A DNA stretch of 39,394 bases from Chloroflexota bacterium (GTDB lineage Bacteria > Chloroflexota > Chloroflexia > QHBQ01): positions 1 to 39,394 of the forward strand of contig JAYUUN010000062.1 of the NCBI GenBank assembly GCA_043754535.1, given 5' to 3'. The position numbers and the translations under genes were made by a program. Each line of letters starts with the position of its first letter. Position 1 is the first letter of the stretch. The notes below the pieces were generated by a model that had not been told where the DNA came from, ran no database searches, and saw only the letters and a list, made by a program, of their open reading frames with translations. This document shows, one piece after another, positions 17,908-24,309 of the stretch.

Positions 17908-17961
17908 AGTATAGGGGGACAACATGAAAGCGAAATGAACAAAACATTAAGCTACCATTAA
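17908..17961 (-). promoter_or_regulatory. Four 11-bp-phased TT(A/C)AT boxes upstream of a TATACT -10 (OmpR/PhoB-type site)
   Basis: Plus-strand AT(G/T)AA at 17924, 17935, 17946 and 17957; -10 at 17908-17913. Confidence 0.55.
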
Positions 17962-18051
17962 GTTTCACCTGCACAGAGTAGCTAGATGGCAGGCAAATGG
18001 CGCAACCCAAAGCGGGACTGCGCCAGGTATAAGCCGTAGGTTGCCCGCTGG

Positions 18052-18858
18052 TTACTGGAACAGGAAGCGATCGGCCAACCAGCCGATGCTATAGACAGCA
18101 GTCGCGCCGACTGCACCGGTCAGCACCATCTCGGCCCCACTCTGCCACCACGCTTTGTGGGTGAAGCGCGACTTGAACGCACCAAAGGCGAACAAGGCCA
18201 GCATGGTGATCGCAATAGAGGCGAACAGCACGTTGTTGATTACCGTCGCATGGTTGGTCGGGTCGCGGTCAAGGTTGAAGACCTGGACTAGGACGTAGGG
18301 CAGCAGGGGGAACAGTGCGCCGATCACATAGGAGATGCCGACGATCACCCCGGTGCGGCGCGGGTCGTCGTTCTCAACCGCGCCGTAGCCAAGCTCCTCG
18401 TTCATCATCGCCGCTACCCAGCGGTCTTTGTCGGCGGTGATGCGGGCAACAACCATCTCCAACTCGTCGCCCTCAAAGCCCTTGCGTCGGTAGATAGTCC
18501 TAATCTCGTCGCGCTCAACCTCCGGTATCTCATCTACTTCACGGTACTCCTTCGTCCGTTCCTTCTGGTAAAGCTCCTGCTGGCTCTTGCCGCCCAGGTA
18601 GGCACCCAGGCCCATGCTGATCGCCCCAGCGAACATTTCGGCGAAGCCCGTCCGCAAGACCTGGTTGGAGTTCGCCAGCAAAGCGGTGCTGCCCGCCACA
18701 AAGGAGACAACCGTCACCAGGCCGTCGCTGATGCCGAGTACAAGATCACGCAGGTTGCTACCAGTGTCACCGCCCGCGTGCCATTGTTCAGTAGGTAGTG
18801 GGTTCTCAGCCGCCAGTTGGGTGTTGACCCGTGCCGCGTCCTGCAATTTGTCTGCCAA
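18052..18858 (-). CDS. VIT1/CCC1 family Fe2+/Mn2+ transporter
   Basis: LRDLVLGISDGLVT, AGAISMGLGAYL and MMNEELG motifs; five TM segments. Confidence 0.93.
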   Translation of the reverse strand: MADKLQDAARVNTQLAAENPLPTEQWHAGGDTGSNLRDLVLGISDGLVTVVSFVAGSTALLANSNQVLRTGFAEMFAGAISMGLGAYLGGKSQQELYQKERTKEYREVDEIPEVERDEIRTIYRRKGFEGDELEMVVARITADKDRWVAAMMNEELGYGAVENDDPRRTGVIVGISYVIGALFPLLPYVLVQVFNLDRDPTNHATVINNVLFASIAITMLALFAFGAFKSRFTHKAWWQSGAEMVLTGAVGATAVYSIGWLADRFLFQ

Positions 18859-18990
18859 ATCCTTGTTTCCCCCTCAAGTGATCTAACGGCCTTCTGGCAA
18901 GTAATGGGCCAACACTGTGTTGCTGGTACGATGCTTGCGTCGTGGCAGGAGGATAGGGCGGTTGTCAGTTTAGCTGCTAGTAGCGATGTG

Positions 18991-19161
18991 ATGATCGAAC
19001 AACATAACGACCACGACTACCCACATAACAATGACCATAAGCAACCCCACAACCATGAGCAAGTCCATAAACCACGACCAACTGCACGGACACGAAACGA
19101 ACATGGCAGCGGCCTGGTGGCAGGCCCACCCCATCACCTCGCACTCAAGTTCACCCAATAG
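18991..19161 (+). pseudogene. His/Asn-rich peptide, likely a decayed N-terminus of a metal transporter
   Basis: MIEQHNDHDYPHNNDHKQPHNHEQVH. The His pattern continues (HDQLHGHE) after a frameshift in the AAA run at 19069-19071. Confidence 0.35.
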
Positions 19162-19494
19162 CCTGGGCAGGTTGCCGTTTGCTCCCAACTTGTCAGCTGA
19201 GTTCACACCCTTATTATGTTCTGTAAGCTATTATAGGCTAAGCCACATAGCGATGCCCCGCCGTCGGCTCGTCCATAATCACGACGTGGAGGGCGTGTTG
19301 TTCGTTTTGACGATGCCAGCCAGACGTTTGAGAGTGTTCTTTGCTACTGACTACAAAGCCCAACGTGATCACCCAACAAAATCCAACATTTTCAGAGGGG
19401 CTGTGCAGTAGAATAGGTTAGGTTGAGTACGAACGCAGGGTCAGCGGACCCGCTCAGCGCGACCAATACCACACTACTCTACAGGAGCCTCTCA

Positions 19495-20301
19495 GTGAAT
19501 AATCGCTATTCCCATCTCAGTCGTCTTCTCGTCTCCATCGTCGCCATTGCCATTGTCGCTATCATCGGCAGTGGATCAGCTTTCGCTGGGCCGCCGCTCA
19601 CCACCACCCAGGTGTTCAGCACGCTCAACATCCCAGCGGGTAGTAGCTACCGGGTGTTCGTCGCCTGCCCACAGGGTAGCGTCGTTAGTGGGGGTGGCTG
19701 GAACAGCAGCAGCCCCACCGTTGATATTATGCTCAGCGAGTATAGCAGCAGCAACCTGTGGCTGATAATCGGCCACAATACTGATGCTGTCGCCCACAGC
19801 CTGACCGCCTACGCTATTTGTCTGAGCGGTATCCCCAGCCTGAACAACCAGAGTGCCGCCAAACAGGTTGTCGCCGCCAACAACGCTGGGACATCCACCA
19901 GCACCTGCAGCAGTGGTACCCTAACCGGCCCTGGCTTCGCTAAGTCTGTTGACGGCCTGTTCATCAACGCTACCGTGCCAAACGCTAACATCAACCAGGT
20001 AGTCGCGACCAACAACAGCCCGGCTCCGGCCTTTGCAACCTCGTTCAGCAACTGCGTCGGTTCACCAAACATCCTGCTCAACACGATTGTCGCAGCCAGC
20101 AACAGCGTTGGGGCAAATAGCGTGGCTAATGCAACGGCGGCCTGCCCGACCAACTATGTGGTCACTGGTGGTGGCTTCCGCGTTGAGCCTGGTATGTACA
20201 TCCTCAGCAGCTCAAAGATGGGCAACGGCTGGGACATTCGGGTGCTGAACAGTGGTGCCACCAACCCTGTCACCAGCTACGCAGTATGTCTACGCACGTA
20301 G
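19495..20301 (+). CDS. Secreted protein with three Cys-bracketed beta-rich repeats
   Basis: AGGAG RBS plus GTG 19495, signal peptide ending AFA, and repeats CPQGSVVSGGGW..AYAIC, CSSGTLTGPGF..SFSNC and CPTNYVVTGGGF..SYAVC. Confidence 0.8.
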   Translation: MNNRYSHLSRLLVSIVAIAIVAIIGSGSAFAGPPLTTTQVFSTLNIPAGSSYRVFVACPQGSVVSGGGWNSSSPTVDIMLSEYSSSNLWLIIGHNTDAVAHSLTAYAICLSGIPSLNNQSAAKQVVAANNAGTSTSTCSSGTLTGPGFAKSVDGLFINATVPNANINQVVATNNSPAPAFATSFSNCVGSPNILLNTIVAASNSVGANSVANATAACPTNYVVTGGGFRVEPGMYILSSSKMGNGWDIRVLNSGATNPVTSYAVCLRT

Positions 20302-20327
20302 TAGCCCACTGCGCCTGCCAGCAGCCT

Positions 20328-20360
20328 AAAGGGGTGGTGCCGACAGTGGCACCACCCCTT
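20328..20360. terminator. Bidirectional terminator hairpin
   Basis: AAGGGGTGGTGCC-gacagt-GGCACCACCCCTT between convergent genes. Confidence 0.75.
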
Positions 20361-20375
20361 CCTGTTTCGATCCCC

Positions 20376-20861
20376 TCAGATGCCGGGTGGTTGCAAGTCG
20401 GCTAGCAACTTTGCCAACCGCTCCATCTTCTGGTCGCCGTCCGCTTGCATCTCGCTCACCAACATAGCGTCACGATCCTCAATGCTCTGGAAGACGGAGG
20501 TGCTGGTTACTTTGGTGCCAGTCTCGTGATGCTCAAAGGTGACCGTCTCTAGTGAGACGTGGCCTGGCTGACCTTCCCATTCGTAGGTGTAGATGGTTTG
20601 TAGCGGCACTACAATGCTGTGATAGACCCCGTGGAAGGCCCATTCGTTGCCCTGCGTGTCATGTAGGAGGTATTGCCAGTTGCCGCCCGACCACGGCTCC
20701 ATCTTAGCGACGGTTAGGCTGAGGCTGGGCGGCCCCCACCACTGGGCGATGGTTTGGGGGTCGGTCATTAGCTTGAAGACGAGTTCACGGGGCGCGTTGA
20801 AAGTGTGGGTGATGACCATTGAGTGTTGCTGGGCGGCGGCGACCAGGCTGAGCTTTGCCAT
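20376..20861 (-). CDS. SRPBCC/AHSA1 (START-like) domain protein
   Basis: HTFNAPRELVFKLMTDP..QWWGP and FHGVY..YTYEWEG motifs. True start is ATG 20861 after AGGAG, not the ORF-track start at 21188. Confidence 0.9.
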   Translation of the reverse strand: MAKLSLVAAAQQHSMVITHTFNAPRELVFKLMTDPQTIAQWWGPPSLSLTVAKMEPWSGGNWQYLLHDTQGNEWAFHGVYHSIVVPLQTIYTYEWEGQPGHVSLETVTFEHHETGTKVTSTSVFQSIEDRDAMLVSEMQADGDQKMERLAKLLADLQPPGI

Positions 20862-20919
20862 CTTGTTGCTCCTTTGCTCAAGCAAGGTGCTGCGCCCTTC
20901 AGTGGGCGGGCGGTGGCTT

Positions 20920-21031
20920 GCGGCTAGCCCCTCAAATGCGGGGTGGTGGTTGCAATGAGACGGGCAATAGCCTCGGTGACCACTACGGCTTACGGTTTCG
21001 ATCCTCTCAAATGCGGAGTGGTGGTTGCAAT
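20920..21031 (-). CRISPR. Mini CRISPR array: two divergent 37-nt repeats and one 38-nt spacer
   Basis: Repeat 1 (21031-20995) ATTGCAACCACCACTCCGCATTTGAGAGGATCGAAAC; spacer (20994-20957) CGTAAGCCGTAGTGGTCACCGAGGCTATTGCCCGTCTC; 3'-degenerate repeat 2 (20956-20920) ATTGCAACCACCACCCCGCATTTGAGGGGCTAGCCGC. Confidence 0.85.
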
Positions 21032-21195
21032 GCCTACTAGGTGGGTTTAGGCACGATTTGCGAGAGGCAACCACAACAGGCTTATTATAGCACACTTTTC
21101 GCCGTTGTGAATACCTGGTGCTGACCAATTTGGGCCTATTTGTCGCCGCGAGAGGCGCAGCTGTAGCCCGCCACGCCGCCGCTCGCACAAACCAG
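21032..21195 (-). promoter_or_regulatory. Leader and promoter of the mini-array
   Basis: TTCACA-16 nt-(TGc)TATAAT at 21111-21084, and GCGAGCGG/CCTCTCGC/CCTCTCGC motifs homologous to the main leader. Confidence 0.8.
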
Positions 21196-21206
21196 CGGTC
21201 TTGCCA

Positions 21207-22028
21207 TTACGCCCCCCTCTCTGGCAGCAGCCGCGCCTGACCCATGCCCATCGTCGTCTTGTAGCCTACCCCGCTGTAGCGAGCAAACTCAGCCAGCATC
21301 GCCAACCGCTCCGCGCACTCCCCTTCCCCGCGCACCTGGTAGGTACAGCGTCCGCTAAAGCCCTTCTGCGAGTACTTGGGGAAGTGCAGGGTGGTAGTCC
21401 GCAGTTCATAATCGGCAAGCACTACCTGGCTCTCGGCAAACTCGCCGATCACCTGCTTGTCCAGGTGTAGGGCCGCAGGAGCAAAAATGTTCCACGACCT
21501 TGCCAGGCTCTCGAACACCCACTTGGGGTCAGGGAGCAGGTGGAACAGCTTGTCGCCCCGATTGAAGGCGGTAGGGGAGGAGAACTCCAGGGTAAGGTAG
21601 CGGCTGGCGGGGGTGGCGGCCAGCGTCTGCCAGTCGGCATAACCAGCCCAGCCGCTTGGCTCAGGCGTAGCGAGGGTACGTAGCAAGGTGAAGTGGTCGT
21701 TGTCGAGGCGCACGCTGAGTTTGCCACGCAAGAACTGCTGGCTGAGGCAGGCCCAGATGCGTCCGCCATCCAGCAGGGTAAAGCGTAGGCGGCAAGTCTC
21801 GCCAGCTGGGATCACAATCTGCTCACCGCGTAGTCTACCACCAGTCAATGGAGAGACGGTGAAGGGGCGGGCTGCCTGCCCCTCATGCAGTGTGGCAGAG
21901 AGGTCAGGGTCAACCTGCTGCACAAGGGCAAGCAGGAGAGCGTGCGCCTGGTGGCCCATCGTGCGGGGCAGGGTGGCAGGAGCGGTGGGGGCGAGTTCGA
22001 GAACGATAGAGTGGAGCAGGTTGGTCAC
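21207..22028 (-). CDS. cas6: CRISPR-associated endoribonuclease Cas6
   Basis: RPFTVSPL, LEFSSPTAF and the C-terminal G-rich loop YSGVGYKTTMGMG. Confidence 0.95.
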   Translation of the reverse strand: MTNLLHSIVLELAPTAPATLPRTMGHQAHALLLALVQQVDPDLSATLHEGQAARPFTVSPLTGGRLRGEQIVIPAGETCRLRFTLLDGGRIWACLSQQFLRGKLSVRLDNDHFTLLRTLATPEPSGWAGYADWQTLAATPASRYLTLEFSSPTAFNRGDKLFHLLPDPKWVFESLARSWNIFAPAALHLDKQVIGEFAESQVVLADYELRTTTLHFPKYSQKGFSGRCTYQVRGEGECAERLAMLAEFARYSGVGYKTTMGMGQARLLPERGA

Positions 22029-22726
22029 TGGCCTACCTCCGCACCGAAGTAGCTCATCTCGGCAGGCAGGTAAAGGGCATTCTTGTCGTCCTTGCCGCTA
22101 GCCCCAACGTTGTAGCAAGGTTGTTCGGTGGCAGCATTGATCAGCAAACTGACTGGCGGCATATGCACAATGTCATAGGCCAGCAAGTGGGCTGGTTGGT
22201 AGTCGAGTGGGTTGAGCGGAGCAGCTAGAACGACTGACTCACGCGGCTTCTGTGCTGCATATTCACCCTCGCGCAAGACGCGCAACTCCGCCTTACTCAT
22301 CCACTTGCCGAGGCGCAACCAGCGGGGCAGCTTCAGGGCGGCGTTGCTCAGAATGTAGAACTCGAAGCGCGACCCGACCGCCAACTCCTTAGCCCGACCA
22401 TACACAACCGCATTGCGCGTTCCACGCTCAGTCAGGCTGTAGTAAGCCGGGTCGCCCAGCTTGAAGGTGTTAAAGACGAAGCTATACTCAAGCGGGCGGG
22501 CGGGCGTGACGTAGATGCCGCCTTGAGCCAGCCCGCTCAAGTCCTCCCTATAGGTCGGCACCTGGCTAGCGTTGAAGTAGTGAGGGGCAAGGCCCAGCGT
22601 CAGGCCGAGCGCATAGCTAAGGCCGTAGTTGTGCAGGTAACGCTCAGTCTCATACAGCCTGCCCATCTCACGGCTGGCGTAGAAAAGGTTGTCGTGCAAG
22701 GTTAGCTGACAGGTAGCTATGTACAT
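22025..22726 (-). CDS. cas5: Type I-D Cas5 (Csc1)
   Basis: LHDNLFYASRE, LHNYGLSYALG, IYVTPA and LPRWLRLGKWMSKA motifs. Confidence 0.93.
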   Translation of the reverse strand: MYIATCQLTLHDNLFYASREMGRLYETERYLHNYGLSYALGLTLGLAPHYFNASQVPTYREDLSGLAQGGIYVTPARPLEYSFVFNTFKLGDPAYYSLTERGTRNAVVYGRAKELAVGSRFEFYILSNAALKLPRWLRLGKWMSKAELRVLREGEYAAQKPRESVVLAAPLNPLDYQPAHLLAYDIVHMPPVSLLINAATEQPCYNVGASGKDDKNALYLPAEMSYFGAEVGQ

Positions 22727-22747
22727 GGCTTACGCTCCAATCGTCTG

Positions 22748-23785
22748 CTATTTACCCTTCAGCCCCCGGTTAACCCCGTAGCTGTTGGCATAAGCCACAC
22801 ACTCGTCCGCGGCCTGGGCAAGCAACTGACGCAACCGATCCTCGCTGCTGGTCAGGTCGCGCATCTCGCGCCGCAGGTCTGACCCCGCAATCGTCTCGTA
22901 GACCAAACCATCCTCGCGCAGCAGTTCAGCAGCAGCTTCGCCAGCCGCCGCCAGCACCCGCTCGGTCGCCAGCGGTTGACCAATCTGGGCCAACTCCTCA
23001 CCATCATCGCTGTAACCCACTGCATCGTAGAGCCGCTGTGTCAACTTGAGGTTGCTGAAGATTTCGCCGTTGCTGAACACCGCTGCAACTAGATGGTTCT
23101 CGACCGTGCCGGTGCGCGTCGTCTGCGCTCCATAGCGGCGGGTCTGCAAGATGTTATTCAACACGTAGAGAAACTCAGCCTCGGTTGGGTCTTTAATCGT
23201 AATCACGGCGGGGAAGAAGGTTTGCGGCAGAACATGATCCTGCTCACCAATGCTGCTCCGCACCACCGTGCCACGACTCATCGTGCCGCTCTCGTAGGGG
23301 GCGTTGAAGGTCATACTCTGGTGCGACACATCGAAGGGAGCAAGGGAGAAGGCACTGTCGCTCAACACCTTCGCCCGCTCACTGCCAGAGCCGCCAATGG
23401 CATAGCCGTAGTAGATGCAGTCAGGGCAGACCTTGCAAAAATCGGCACTGTTGTACTCGCAGAAGTAGGGGCGGGTGGTATCGGCCTTCTTGCCATCGCC
23501 CTTCTGCAGTTTGGCCTCAGCAACGGTGATTTCGTAGCGGCGCAGCAGTTCACGACCATGCAACCGCTCGGCGGTGATCTGCTTGCGCTTGAACATCACG
23601 ATCCGCGCCTTCGTTTCCTGATGAGTCAGCCCAGCCCTGACATAAGCCGTGTTCAACTCGCCGTCGGTTTGGAACAGGGGGAACGAGTTGGTCTCGCGCA
23701 CGAGGATCAGGTGGGCATAGCGGCCCATCGGTAGTTCAGGCACGGCAACGTGGAAGTTGTCTTGGTTGAGGATGTTGAGGAACAT
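22748..23785 (-). CDS. cas7: Type I-D Cas7 (Csc2)
   Basis: FKRKQITAERLHGRELLR, C..CPDCIYYGYA and RYGAQTTRTG motifs. Confidence 0.95.
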   Translation of the reverse strand: MFLNILNQDNFHVAVPELPMGRYAHLILVRETNSFPLFQTDGELNTAYVRAGLTHQETKARIVMFKRKQITAERLHGRELLRRYEITVAEAKLQKGDGKKADTTRPYFCEYNSADFCKVCPDCIYYGYAIGGSGSERAKVLSDSAFSLAPFDVSHQSMTFNAPYESGTMSRGTVVRSSIGEQDHVLPQTFFPAVITIKDPTEAEFLYVLNNILQTRRYGAQTTRTGTVENHLVAAVFSNGEIFSNLKLTQRLYDAVGYSDDGEELAQIGQPLATERVLAAAGEAAAELLREDGLVYETIAGSDLRREMRDLTSSEDRLRQLLAQAADECVAYANSYGVNRGLKGK

Positions 23786-23817
23786 GGGTGGTCTCCTTCT
23801 TTACTCTTGGGCTAGCT

Positions 23818-24309
23818 TCAGGCAGATGCGGCTTCGGTCTGATCCATTATAGTATCGCCAGGCGTGGCTTCGCCTGGGGCAGACTTCTTGCGCCACCTGC
23901 GCCAGTTGAGGCTGTAATAAGCTTCGCAGCCGCTCTTGAGGTTGTTGAGACGGCTACGTAGTAGACCAAGCTCGCCCCGGCAGTAGCCCTTGAACACCTT
24001 GTCGTAGAAGAAGTCAGCAAAGTTAGCCAGGGCAGGAGCTTCCTGTTCGCTAATCGCCCGACCGTAGAACATCGCCCGCCCACTGCCTTCGCTGTTACGG
24101 ATGCGGTCGAGCCAGCGCATCAACTCGCCCTGGATCATCAGCTTGATGTCGGCGGCGTACTCAGCCTCACTCTGCACCCCCTTGTCGTAGGGGCGGGCCA
24201 GCAGCAGCTTGGCCGTACTCTCCAGCGGACGCACGATGCTGGCTGACGCGCCCAAGTCTGGGCTGTAGAAGATAGCGTAACGATCCACCAGCCCGCTAAC
24301 AACCTCCAT
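23818..24309 (-). CDS. cas11d: Internally translated small subunit Cas11d (163 aa)
   Basis: In-frame ATG at 24309 with AAGGAG 8 nt upstream, inside the 3' region of cas10d. Confidence 0.75.
   Translation of the reverse strand: MEVVSGLVDRYAIFYSPDLGASASIVRPLESTAKLLLARPYDKGVQSEAEYAADIKLMIQGELMRWLDRIRNSEGSGRAMFYGRAISEQEAPALANFADFFYDKVFKGYCRGELGLLRSRLNNLKSGCEAYYSLNWRRWRKKSAPGEATPGDTIMDQTEAASA

Noticed and set aside
18028..18047. 10-nt match TAAGCCGTAG to mini-spacer positions 3-12 (also 8-nt CGTAAGCC matches near 22727-22734 and 28643-28650)
   Set aside because: No GTN PAM, and the matches are too short to exceed chance in 39 kb.
20862..21188. 109-codon N-terminal extension of the SRPBCC ORF in the ORF track
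   Set aside because: It merely reads through the mini-array and leader; a strong RBS precedes ATG 20861.
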